This document shows, one piece after another, positions 54,011 to 63,959 of a stretch of DNA of 64,000 bases. The notes under the pieces were generated by a model that was not told where the DNA came from, ran no database searches, and saw only the letters and a program-made list of their open reading frames with translations. Numbering within the stretch: position 1 is the stretch's first letter; each line of letters starts with the position of its first letter. The stretch lies in NCBI RefSeq assembly GCF_001677475.2, contig NZ_CP015229.1, one strand, 5' to 3'. Made by a program: the position numbers and the translations under genes. Source of the DNA: Escherichia coli. GTDB lineage: Bacteria; Pseudomonadota; Gammaproteobacteria; Enterobacterales; Enterobacteriaceae.

Positions 54011-54040
54011 TCCCGGCGAAAAAACCGGGAGATGAAAGTG
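54011..54040 (-). terminator. rho-independent terminator downstream of ubiI: TCTCCCGG-ttttttcg-CCGGGAGA then TTTT (minus strand)
   Basis: Hairpin plus T-tract on the minus strand, about 40 nt after the ubiI stop. Confidence 0.6.
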
Positions 54041-54075
54041 TGATGGGTATCAAATAAACAACAGAGGAAAAATTT

Positions 54076-55278
54076 TTAACGCAGCCATTCAGGCAAATCG
54101 TTTAATCCCATTGCCTGGCGGATAAGTTGCGGCTTAACGCCAGGAAGCGTGTCGGCCAGTTTCAAACCAATATCACGCAGCAGTTTTTTCGCCGGATTGG
54201 TACCGGAAAACAGATCGCGGAATCCCTGCATACCAGCCAGCATCAGCGCCGCACTGTGCTTGCGGCTACGCTCATAGCGACGCAGATAAATGTACTGCCC
54301 GATGTCTTTCCCCTGACGATGCAACCGTTTCAGTTCAGCAATCAGCTCTGCAGCATCCATAAAGCCGAGATTTACCCCCTGCCCCGCCAGCGGGTGAATG
54401 GTATGCGCGGCGTCGCCCACCAGCGCCAGACGATGCGCGGCAAACTGGCGCGCATAACGCCCCGTCAGTGGGAACACCTGACGCGCGCTCTCAACCTTGC
54501 ATAAGCCAAGGCGATTATCAAAAGCGATATTTAACGCGCGATTAAATTCGTCTTCACTTGCCTGCTGCATCCGCTGCGCTTCCTCTGGCGACAGTGACCA
54601 GACAATCGAGCAAAGATGCGGATCGCTAAGCGGTAAAAAGGCCAGAATGCCTTCGCCATGGAAAACCTGCCGCGCCACCGCATCATGCGGTTCTTCCGTG
54701 CGAATGGTCGCTACCAGCGCGTGATGCTGATAATCCCAGAAAGTCAGCGGAATATCGGCTTTGTTGCGCAACCAGGAATTAGCGCCGTCCGCGCCAATCA
54801 CCAGGCGCGCCGTTAACATGCTGCCATCTTTCAGCGTCAGGAAGGTTTCGTTTTCTCCCCAGGCGACCTGCTGTAATTCTGCGGGGGCCAACAGAGTGAT
54901 ATCTGACGACTGATGCGCTTTGTTCCACAGCGCGTAGTGAATCACTGAGTTTTCAACGATATGCCCAAGATGGCTATAGCCCATGCTTTGATCGTCAAAC
55001 GAAATGTGACCAAAACTGTCTTTGTCCCACACTTCCATGCCGTGATAGCAGCTGGCCCTACGAGCGAGAATGTCCTGCCAGACGCCAAGACGGGTGAGTA
55101 ATTTTTCGCTGGCGGCATTGATAGCCGAAACGCGCAGTTGTGGTGGTGCATCCGCCGCCAGAGGTTCCGGTACGCGCTGCTCCAGTACGGCAACGCGTAA
55201 GCCGCTACCCTGTAAGCCGCAGGCAACCGCCAGCCCCACCATGCCGCCGCCAACAATGGCTACATCAACACTTTGCAT
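54076..55278 (-). CDS. ubiI: FAD-dependent 2-octaprenylphenol hydroxylase
   Basis: 400 aa; N-terminal FAD fold VAIVGGGMVGLAVA. Confidence 0.9.
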   Translation of the reverse strand: MQSVDVAIVGGGMVGLAVACGLQGSGLRVAVLEQRVPEPLAADAPPQLRVSAINAASEKLLTRLGVWQDILARRASCYHGMEVWDKDSFGHISFDDQSMGYSHLGHIVENSVIHYALWNKAHQSSDITLLAPAELQQVAWGENETFLTLKDGSMLTARLVIGADGANSWLRNKADIPLTFWDYQHHALVATIRTEEPHDAVARQVFHGEGILAFLPLSDPHLCSIVWSLSPEEAQRMQQASEDEFNRALNIAFDNRLGLCKVESARQVFPLTGRYARQFAAHRLALVGDAAHTIHPLAGQGVNLGFMDAAELIAELKRLHRQGKDIGQYIYLRRYERSRKHSAALMLAGMQGFRDLFSGTNPAKKLLRDIGLKLADTLPGVKPQLIRQAMGLNDLPEWLR

Positions 55279-55300
55279 TGTTTATTCCTTAAAACCGCCT

Positions 55301-56479
55301 TCAACGCGCCACCCAACCGAGGGTGCGCTGCGCCAGCACATCGCGTGCCGGGGTGAATAATTCCATCGTCATCAGCCCGATGTTGCGCCCGACAACCAGC
55401 GGCGTCCAACGGTTGGCAAAAAGATGTACAAGGCTGTCCGTGACGCCAATGGTTGCTTCGCGATCGCTCTGTCGACGCTGCTGATAACGACACAATACGC
55501 CGTAATCACCCATGTCTTCTCCGCGCTCCTGCGCCTGAGTCAGGGTTTCCGCAAGACTCATGACATCTCGCATACCGAGGTTGAATCCTTGCCCGGCAAT
55601 TGGGTGCAGAGTTTGCGCCGCATTGCCCACCAGCACGGTACGATGGGTAATAGGTCTGGCGGCGCGGGTTAACGCCAGCGGATAAGCACTGCGTTTACCT
55701 GCGTGGGTAATTTTCCCAAGTCGCCAACCAAAGGCCGACTGGAGTTCACGGCAAAACTTCTCATCACTCCACGACAGCACCTCTTCGCGCCGTTCCAGTG
55801 GATGACACCAGACCAGCGAACAGCGTCCGTCAGACATCGGCAACATCGCCAGCGGGCCATGTTGTGTAAAGCGTTCAAAAGCGCGCCCTTCATGCGCAAC
55901 GGAAGTCGCAACGTTGGCAATCACAGCCAGTTGTTCGTAAGGCTCCTGCTGCCAGTCAACGCCGCACGCGGTGGCTAACGCTGAATGGGTGCCATCAGCG
56001 GCTACCAGCACGCGGCCCGTCAGCGTCTCGCCACTCTCCAGCGTCACTTCAACGTGACTCTGAGTACGGGCAACGTTAGCCACGCGATCCGGGCAATGCA
56101 GCGTTACGCCAGGTGCTTTTCGCAGCAATGCAAACAGCCGTTGCCCGACATTATGCAATTCGACAACCTGCCCCAGCGCCGCCAGTTGGTAATCTTCTGC
56201 GGCGAGGGTGACGAATCCGGCATGACCACGATCGCTGACATGCACGGTAGTGATGGCGGTTGCGCAATCAGCCAAAGATTGCCAGACGCCGATGCGCGCC
56301 AGTTGCTGACAGGTACCCGCCGCCAGCGCAATAGCTCGTCCATCAAAGCCCGGATGAGCATGTGACTCTGGTGCGGTCGCCTCAATTAAATGAACCGGCA
56401 GCGCCCCGTGACTTAACCGGGAAATAGCCAGCGCCAGCGTCGCGCCCGCCATGCCGCCACCGACGATGATTACGCTCAT
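55301..56479 (-). CDS. ubiH: FAD-dependent 2-octaprenyl-6-methoxyphenol hydroxylase
   Basis: 392 aa; N-terminus MSVIIVGGGMAGATLA. Confidence 0.9.
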   Translation of the reverse strand: MSVIIVGGGMAGATLALAISRLSHGALPVHLIEATAPESHAHPGFDGRAIALAAGTCQQLARIGVWQSLADCATAITTVHVSDRGHAGFVTLAAEDYQLAALGQVVELHNVGQRLFALLRKAPGVTLHCPDRVANVARTQSHVEVTLESGETLTGRVLVAADGTHSALATACGVDWQQEPYEQLAVIANVATSVAHEGRAFERFTQHGPLAMLPMSDGRCSLVWCHPLERREEVLSWSDEKFCRELQSAFGWRLGKITHAGKRSAYPLALTRAARPITHRTVLVGNAAQTLHPIAGQGFNLGMRDVMSLAETLTQAQERGEDMGDYGVLCRYQQRRQSDREATIGVTDSLVHLFANRWTPLVVGRNIGLMTMELFTPARDVLAQRTLGWVAR

Positions 56480-57801
56480 TGCTTTCTCGCAGCTGCCATC
56501 AACGCTTCGATTTCTTCCGGCTTTTTCACCACGCTGGCGGTGAGGTTTTCGTTGCCGGTTTCGGTAATCACAATGTCGTCTTCAATACGAATGCCGATAC
56601 CGCGATATTGTTCTGGCACATCCGCATCCGGCGCGATATACAGACCAGGCTCTACGGTCAGTACCATCCCCGGTTCCAGAATGCGCGAGCGATCCTGACC
56701 ATAAACGCCAACGTCATGGACATCCAGTCCTAACCAGTGGCTAAGGCCATGCATAAAGAAAGGACGATGGGCGTTCTGAGCGATCAGTTCATCAACATCA
56801 CCTTTCAGAATGCCGAGTTTTACCAGGCCGCTAACCATGATACGCACCACTTCACCGGTGACTTCCTGAATGGAAGTTCCCGGACGATACAGGCGCAGGC
56901 TGGTTTCAAGAGACTCCAGCACAATGTCGTAGATTTCACGCTGGGCCTGAGTGAATTTGCCGTTGACCGGGAAGGTGCGGGTAATATCGCCAGCGTAACC
57001 TTTGTATTCGCAACCCGCATCAATCAACACCAGGTCACCGTCACGCAGTTCACACTCGTTTTCGGTGTAATGCAGAATGCAGCCGTTTTCACCGCTGCCG
57101 ACGATGGTGTTGTAGGACGGATAACGCGCACCGTGGCGGTTAAATTCGTGGTGAATTTCGCCTTCCAGATGGTACTCGAACATTCCCGGACGGCATTTTT
57201 CCATCGCCCGGGTATGCGCCAGGGCGGTGATTTCTCCCGCGCGGCGAAGTACGGCAATCTCTTCCGGCGATTTGAACAGGCGCATTTCATGGACCATGGG
57301 ACGCCAGTCGATCATCGTTGCCGGTGCGGTGAGATTTTGCCGCGAACCTTTACGCAGTTTTTCCAGCGCGCTGTTCACGATTTCATCAGCATATGCATAT
57401 TCGCCCTGGGCGTGGTAAACCACATCCAGACCATTAAGTAGTTGATAAAGTTGCTGATTAATTTCGCTGAATGCCAGTGCGCGGTCAACGCCCAGTTTCT
57501 CTGGCGCGGCATCCTGACCTAAACGACGGCCAAACCAGATCTCCGCCGTCAGGTCGCGAACGCGGTTAAACAGAACGCTGTGATTATGAGTGTCATCGCT
57601 TTTAATCAGCACCAGCACCGCTTCCGGTTCGTTAAAGCCGGTGAAGTACCAGAAGTCACTGTTCTGACGATAGGGGTATTCGCTGTCGGCGCTACGTGTT
57701 ACTTCTGGTGCAGCAAAAATCAGCGCGGCGCTGCCGGGTTGCATTTGCTCCACCAGGGCCTGACGGCGACGCTGAAACTCTTGCCGGGATATCTCACTCA
57801 T
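56476..57801 (-). CDS. pepP: Xaa-Pro aminopeptidase (aminopeptidase P)
   Basis: Translation from MSEISRQEFQRRRQAL; M24 peptidase fold; supplied ORF has a 71-codon extension; stop overlaps the ubiH start. Confidence 0.9.
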   Translation of the reverse strand: MSEISRQEFQRRRQALVEQMQPGSAALIFAAPEVTRSADSEYPYRQNSDFWYFTGFNEPEAVLVLIKSDDTHNHSVLFNRVRDLTAEIWFGRRLGQDAAPEKLGVDRALAFSEINQQLYQLLNGLDVVYHAQGEYAYADEIVNSALEKLRKGSRQNLTAPATMIDWRPMVHEMRLFKSPEEIAVLRRAGEITALAHTRAMEKCRPGMFEYHLEGEIHHEFNRHGARYPSYNTIVGSGENGCILHYTENECELRDGDLVLIDAGCEYKGYAGDITRTFPVNGKFTQAQREIYDIVLESLETSLRLYRPGTSIQEVTGEVVRIMVSGLVKLGILKGDVDELIAQNAHRPFFMHGLSHWLGLDVHDVGVYGQDRSRILEPGMVLTVEPGLYIAPDADVPEQYRGIGIRIEDDIVITETGNENLTASVVKKPEEIEALMAAARKQ

Positions 57802-57826
57802 AACACTCTCCTTACGTTTTTTGTTT

Positions 57827-58405
57827 TTAGTGTAGAGTCGGTTTTTGTACTTCTGGCGCGGTCGGTTGCGGATGAGTAAAGGTGTCGTGGCATAACAGCG
57901 CGGCAACACGAACGTATTCGATGATCTCTTCAAGCGACATTTCAAGCTCTTCCTGATCTTCGTCTTCGTCGTAGCCCAGCTGCGCGATGTTACGCAGATC
58001 GTCGATAGCTTCACCGGTTTCTCCGGTCACTTTGTCCAGCTTCGGTTGCGTAACGCCAAGACCAAGCAGGAAGTGATTGACCCAACCTGCCAGCGCATCA
58101 GCCCGATCGAAAACGCTGACATCATCGCCATCAGGCAGATAAAGCTGAAAAAGGAAGCCGTCATCCTGCAGGGCATCGCTGGTGGCAGAGTGCATTTTGC
58201 GCAGTGCCTGTGCCAGCTCATGACCGAAAGCCATGCCTTCGTTCGTCAGGTCGTGAAGTAGCGGCAGCCATGAGCTGTCATCGTTACCGCCACATATCAT
58301 CCCGCTGATTAAACCATGCATCTCAGCAGGGGTCAGACCCGTCCCTTGTTGGTTCAGATACTGGTTCATTTCGTTGTAACCAGGCATTTCGTTCTGTATA
58401 GACAT
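57827..58405 (-). CDS. ygfB: UPF0149-family protein YgfB
   Basis: Translation [17 protein letters not shown]; start could be 2 codons upstream (58411). Confidence 0.85.
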
Positions 58406-58506
58406 AAGCATTCGTCGTCAAAGGGAGGAATATTCATGATATGCTACCACTTTGGGCCCTGGTGGACCAGAAAAGGGCTTGTCTCTTCTCATCAGGGTAG
58501 CTATAG

Positions 58507-58902
<396 letters not shown>

Positions 58903-58943
58903 CACTTTTCGGTTTACTGTGGTAGAGTAACCGTGAAGACAAA

Positions 58944-59128
58944 ATTTCTCTGAGATGTTCGCAAGCGGGCCAGTCCCCTGAGCCGATATTTCATACCACA
59001 AGAATGTGGCGCTCCGCGGTTGGTGAGCATGCTCGGTCCGTCCGAGAAGCCTTAAAACTGCGACGACACATTCACCTTGAACCAAGGGTTCAAGGGTTAC
59101 AGCCTGCGGCGGCATCTCGGAGATTCCC
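58944..59128 (+). ncRNA. ssrS: 6S RNA (SsrS), RNA polymerase-sigma70 regulatory RNA
   Basis: Sequence ATTTCTCTGAGATGTTCGCAAGCGGGCCAGTCCCCTGAGCCGATATTTCATACCACAAGAATGTGG...GGCATCTCGGAGATTCCC matches the 6S RNA sequence as I remember it; ends are approximate to within a few nt. Confidence 0.9.
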
Positions 59129-59201
59129 TTCTTATCTGGCACCAGCCATGACGCAACTACCAGAACTCCCACTGACATTATCCCGACAAGAAATCCGCAA
59201 A

Positions 59202-59750
59202 ATGATTCGGCAACGTCGTCGTGCGTTAACGCCGGAACAACAGCAGGAAATGGGTCAACAAGCCGCTACCCGGATGATGACGTATCCCCCGGTGGTGATG
59301 GCACATACGGTCGCTGTATTCCTCTCTTTTGATGGCGAACTCGACACCCAGCCACTCATAGAACAACTCTGGCGCGCCGGTAAGCGCGTATATCTTCCAG
59401 TTTTGCATCCCTTTAGTGCCGGTAATTTGCTGTTCCTGAATTACCATCCGCAAAGCGAACTGGTGATGAACAGGTTGAAGATCCATGAGCCAAAACTGGA
59501 TGTGCGTGACGTGCTACCCCTTTCCCGATTAGACGTGTTGATCACACCGCTGGTCGCCTTTGATGAGTACGGTCAGCGCCTGGGAATGGGCGGTGGTTTT
59601 TATGATCGGACCTTACAAAACTGGCAGCGCTATCAAATGCAACCGGTGGGTTATGCGCATGATTGTCAGTTGGTGGAAAAACTCCCCGTTGAAGAGTGGG
59701 ATATCCCACTTCCTGCGGTGGTTACACCGTCGAAAGTCTGGGAGTGGTAA
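59202..59750 (+). CDS. fau: 5-formyltetrahydrofolate cyclo-ligase
   Basis: Translation from MIRQRRRALTPEQQQEMGQQAATRMM; the supplied ORF (start 59004) extends back into ssrS and I reject that extension. Confidence 0.85.
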   Translation: MIRQRRRALTPEQQQEMGQQAATRMMTYPPVVMAHTVAVFLSFDGELDTQPLIEQLWRAGKRVYLPVLHPFSAGNLLFLNYHPQSELVMNRLKIHEPKLDVRDVLPLSRLDVLITPLVAFDEYGQRLGMGGGFYDRTLQNWQRYQMQPVGYAHDCQLVEKLPVEEWDIPLPAVVTPSKVWEW

Positions 59751-59810
59751 GGGCGACACACCTGCATCGCCCTGATTGACATCGTTGATTCTTTAACCTA
59801 ATTTAGTGAG

Positions 59811-59950
59811 TAAGGGTAAGGGAGGATTGCTCCTCCCCTGAGACTGACTGTTAATAAGCTGGGAAACTTATGAGTAACAGTACAATCAGTATGATGACAA
59901 GTCGCATCATAACCCTTCTCCTTTAAGCCCTCGCTTCGGTGAGGGCTTTT
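59811..59950 (+). ncRNA. sibC: SibC antisense small RNA (type I antitoxin), cis-encoded opposite ibsC
   Basis: Candidate promoter TTGACA (59776-59781), 17-nt spacer, TAATTT (59799-59804); terminator hairpin AAGCCCTC-gcttcggt-GAGGGCTT plus T-run at 59925-59950; fully overlaps ibsC on the opposite strand; ends approximate. Confidence 0.7.
59851..59910 (-). CDS. ibsC: IbsC small hydrophobic toxic peptide (19 aa), type I toxin
   Basis: Minus strand ATG ATG CGA CTT GTC ATC ATA CTG ATT GTA CTG TTA CTC ATA AGT TTC CCA GCT TAT TAA translates to MMRLVIILIVLLLISFPAY; too short to appear in the supplied ORF list. Confidence 0.8.
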   Translation of the reverse strand: MMRLVIILIVLLLISFPAY

Positions 59951-60138
59951 CCGTTACAGCCCCATGCTGCCCTGCCATCGTAAATCCCCATTAAATAAAC
60001 ACAACGCATTGATCTGACTTTGATTTATTTTCTGGAGCAGACTCGCAAAGTAGAATGCGCAACGCGGCAACGGTGTGGAGAAGGGATAAAAAAACGGGCA
60101 AGTCAGTGACCTGCCCGTTGATTGTCAGAGAAGGGGAA

Positions 60139-61371
60139 TTAGTACAGCAGACGGGCGCGAATGGTACCCGGAATAGCTTTCATTGCCTGCAGCGCTTTTT
60201 CGGCAACGTCTTCGTCGGCTTCAATATCAATAACTACATAACCCATCTGGGCGGAAGTTTGCAGATATTGCGCGGCGATGTTGACCCCCTGCTCGGCAAA
60301 AATTTTGTTGAGCGCAGTTAGCACGCCCGGACGGTTTTCGTGGATGTGCATCAGACGACGCCCACCGTGCAGTGGCAGCGAGACTTCCGGGAAGTTCACC
60401 GCAGAGAGCGTTGAGCCATTGTCAGAGTACTTGATCAATTTACCCGCAACTTCCAGGCCGATATTCTCCTGCGCTTCCTGAGTCGAACCGCCAATGTGTG
60501 GCGTCAGAAGAACGTTGTCGAATTCACACAGCGGAGAGGTAAATGGATCGCTATTGGTCGCCGGTTCCGTCGGGAATACGTCGATTGCCGCCCCCGCCAG
60601 ATGTTTGCTCGCCAGCGCGTCACACAGCGCTGGAATATCCACCACAGTACCGCGCGAGGCATTAATTAGCAGCGAGCCGGGCTTCATTAGTGAAATTTCT
60701 TTCGCGCCCATCATATTTTTGGTGGACGGATTCTCTGGTACATGCAGACTCACCACATCGCTCATATTCAGCAGGTCAGAAAGATGCTGTATCTGAGTGG
60801 CGTTGCCTAGCGGCAGTTTGTTTTCAATATCATAAAAGTAAACATACATTCCCAGCGATTCAGCCAGAATGCCCAATTGCGTACCAATATGACCGTAGCC
60901 GATGATACCCAGCTTTTTGCCGCGCGCTTCAAAAGAACCCGCCGCCAGTTTGTTCCACACGCCACGGTGCGCTTTAGCATTGGCTTCCGGCACGCCGCGC
61001 AATAGCAGCAGCAGTTCGCCAATCACCAGCTCCGCAACAGAGCGAGTATTTGAGAACGGTGCGTTAAATACCGGGATACCGCGTTTTGCCGCCGCATCCA
61101 GATCAACCTGGTTTGTTCCGATACAGAAACAGCCAATAGCGACCAGTTTTTCTGCGGCGTTGATCACGTCTTCAGTCAGATGGGTACGGGATCGCAGGCC
61201 GATGAAGTGGGCATCGCGGATGGATTCTTTTAATTGTTCATCATCCAGCGCGCCTTTGTGAAATTCGATGTTGGTGTAACCAGCTGCACGAAGGCTTTCC
61301 AGCGCCTTTTGGTGCACGCCTTCTACCAGCAGAAACTTAATCTTGTCTTTCTCCAGCGATACCTTTGCCAT
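60139..61371 (-). CDS. serA: D-3-phosphoglycerate dehydrogenase
   Basis: 410 aa, MAKVSLEKDKIKFLLVEGVHQKALESLRAAGY; C-terminal regulatory (ACT) domain. Confidence 0.93.
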   Translation of the reverse strand: MAKVSLEKDKIKFLLVEGVHQKALESLRAAGYTNIEFHKGALDDEQLKESIRDAHFIGLRSRTHLTEDVINAAEKLVAIGCFCIGTNQVDLDAAAKRGIPVFNAPFSNTRSVAELVIGELLLLLRGVPEANAKAHRGVWNKLAAGSFEARGKKLGIIGYGHIGTQLGILAESLGMYVYFYDIENKLPLGNATQIQHLSDLLNMSDVVSLHVPENPSTKNMMGAKEISLMKPGSLLINASRGTVVDIPALCDALASKHLAGAAIDVFPTEPATNSDPFTSPLCEFDNVLLTPHIGGSTQEAQENIGLEVAGKLIKYSDNGSTLSAVNFPEVSLPLHGGRRLMHIHENRPGVLTALNKIFAEQGVNIAAQYLQTSAQMGYVVIDIEADEDVAEKALQAMKAIPGTIRARLLY

Positions 61372-61626
61372 TTACCCAATCCTGTCTTTTGAAATGTTGT
61401 GTGCGGATTTGCGTCCGCCTTTCAACATATCAAAAAATAATATTGCGGCAATATGAACGTTTGCGTCGCGATGTTGAGGAAATATCACGCAAAGGTAATT
61501 ATTGGATGAATATGCTGGTTTAGAGGATTTATTTAGAGCAATCGACAATAGCCAGGTAAAAACGTGACACATGTCACCAAATTTAATGAAGAGAATTTTT
61601 TTAACGGGGGAGGTTCCCCCGTCAGA

Positions 61627-62286
61627 TCATTTCACAATGGTTTTGACACCGTCAGGTGTGCCAATCAGCGCAACGTCCGCGCCACGGTTAGCAAACAAGC
61701 CAACAGTCACCACGCCAGGAATCGCATTTATGGCGTTTTCCATCGCTATCGGGTCAAGGATTTCCATGCCGTGGACGTCGAGGATCACGTTGCCGTTATC
61801 GGTCACCACGCCCTGACGGTATTCCGGACGACCGCCCAGTTTCACCAGCTGGCGCGCCACTGCACTACGTGCCATCGGGATAACTTCTACTGGCAGCGGG
61901 AATTTGCCCAGAATATCAACCTGCTTGGAGGCGTCGGCAATACAGATAAATTTTTCCGCAACCGAAGCAATGATTTTTTCACGGGTCAGCGCCGCGCCGC
62001 CGCCTTTGATCATTTGCATGTGGCCGTTGATTTCATCTGCGCCATCAACGTAGATGCCAAGGCTGTCGACTTCGTTGAGATCAAAAACGTGAATGCCGAG
62101 GCTTTTCAGTTTTTCAGTGGAAGCATCTGAACTGGAAACGGCCCCTTCAATCTGGCCTTTCATTGTACCGAGCGCGTCAATAAAGTGTGCGGCGGTGGAA
62201 CCTGTACCTACACCAACAATGGTGCCGGGCTGAACATACTGAAGTGCCGCCCATCCTACTGCTTTTTTCAATTCATCCTGCGTCAT
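61627..62286 (-). CDS. rpiA: ribose-5-phosphate isomerase A
   Basis: Translation from [31 protein letters not shown]; supplied ORF has a 12-codon extension. Confidence 0.92.
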
Positions 62287-62368
62287 GATCGTTTCGCCTG
62301 TGGTATGAAATTTCACACGCATTATACTCTAAATAATTCGAGTTGCAGGAAGGCGACAAGAGAGTGAC

Positions 62369-62471
62369 AAATTCGTCAGGAACGAATTTGCCCAGCCGCA
62401 GGCTGGCCTTCGGTGAGAGACATGGATGTCTCTCATTAATCCCCAGGAGCTTACAGAAGTAAGTGACTGGG
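62369..62471. other. cluster of four consecutive hairpins in the rpiA-argP intergenic region
   Basis: CAAATTCGT-cagga-ACGAATTTG (62369-62390); CCAGCC-gca-GGCTGG (62392-62406); GAGAGACA-tgga-TGTCTCTC (62415-62434); CCCCAG-n19-CTGGGG (62441-62471). Confidence 0.35.
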
Positions 62472-62862
62472 GTGAGCGAACGCAGACGCAGCACATGCAA
62501 CTTGAAGTATGACGAGTATATACAAAAAAAGCGATTCAGACCCCGTTGGCAAGCCGCGTGGTTAACTCATCCATAAAATATCGCGCAATGGCGGGCATCC
62601 CCTTTCGCCCGGCAAATAAAGCATACAACGGTCTGGGTATGCCGCTCCACGGTGCGAACAGAGGCAATAACGCCACGCCATTCAACATAACCAGGGCGCG
62701 AAGTCGCTAAGCGAAATGCAATAGCGCAAATCCCTGATCTTTTAAGCTGCGCGTTTAACCATTGATACAAATGTTACCCACCGACGGCTTCGGTATATGC
62801 AACCTGACACAAAATTGTGTCATAGTGCAGGAAAAAGCATTTACCAGGAGCAGACAACAGCA

Positions 62863-63756
62863 ATGAAACGCCCGGACTACAGAACATTACAGGCACTGGA
62901 TGCGGTGATACGTGAACGAGGATTTGAGCGCGCGGCACAAAAGCTGTGCATTACACAATCAGCCGTCTCACAGCGCATTAAGCAACTGGAAAATATGTTC
63001 GGGCAGCCGCTGTTGGTGCGTACCGTACCGCCGCGCCCGACGGAACAAGGGCAAAAACTGCTGGCACTGCTGCGCCAGGTGGAGTTGCTGGAAGAAGAGT
63101 GGCTGGGCGATGAACAAACCGGTTCAACTCCGCTGCTGCTTTCACTGGCGGTCAACGCTGACAGTCTGGCGACGTGGTTGCTTCCGGCGCTGGCTCCTGT
63201 GTTAGCTGATTCGCCTATCCGCCTCAACTTGCAGGTAGAAGATGAAACCCGCACTCAGGAACGTCTGCGCCGTGGCGAAGTGGTCGGCGCGGTGAGTATT
63301 CAACATCAGGCGCTGCCGAGTTGTCTTGTCGATAAGCTCGGTGCGCTTGACTATCTGTTCGTCAGCTCAAAACCGTTTGCCGAAAAATATTTCCCTAACG
63401 GCGTAACGCGTTCGGCATTATTGAAAGCACCTGTGGTCGCCTTTGACCATCTTGACGATATGCACCAGGCCTTTTTGCAGCAAAACTTCGATCTGCCCCC
63501 AGGCAGCGTACCGTGCCATATCGTTAATTCTTCAGAAGCGTTCGTACAACTTGCTCGCCAGGGCACCACCTGCTGTATGATCCCGCACCTGCAAATCGAG
63601 AAAGAACTGGCCAGCGGTGAATTGATTGACTTAACGCCGGGGCTATTTCAACGCCGGATGCTCTACTGGCACCGCTTTGCTCCTGAAAGCCGCATGATGC
63701 GTAAAGTCACTGATGCGTTGCTCGATTATGGTCACAAAGTCCTTCGTCAGGATTAA
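62863..63756 (+). CDS. argP: LysR-family transcriptional regulator ArgP (IciA)
   Basis: Translation from [43 protein letters not shown]; supplied ORF has a 22-codon extension. Confidence 0.92.
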
Positions 63757-63769
63757 TCCATCAAATAAT

Positions 63770-63800
63770 GCCTGATAGCACATATCAGGCGTTATCCTCA
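63770..63800 (+). terminator. rho-independent terminator GCCTGATA-gcac-TATCAGGC followed by a T-rich run, after argP
   Basis: 8-bp inverted repeat read directly. Confidence 0.55.
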
Positions 63801-63959
63801 CTTCTTTTTGTATTCCTTGAAACACATCACAAAATAGACAAATCTCAGGCGGCAAAAAACGACGTCTGAATGCATTTTTTTTGCTGGAGACAAACCCACG
63901 TAAAAAGCTCACCGTAAGCGCAAATACCCTCATTTTGATTGCGTTTTACGGAGCAAATA

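Noticed and set aside
53629-54075. Glycine riboswitch upstream of gcvT
   Set aside because: No tandem aptamer-like conserved helices are visible; the region is AT-rich and unstructured, and enterobacterial gcv operons are protein-regulated rather than riboswitch-controlled, to my knowledge.
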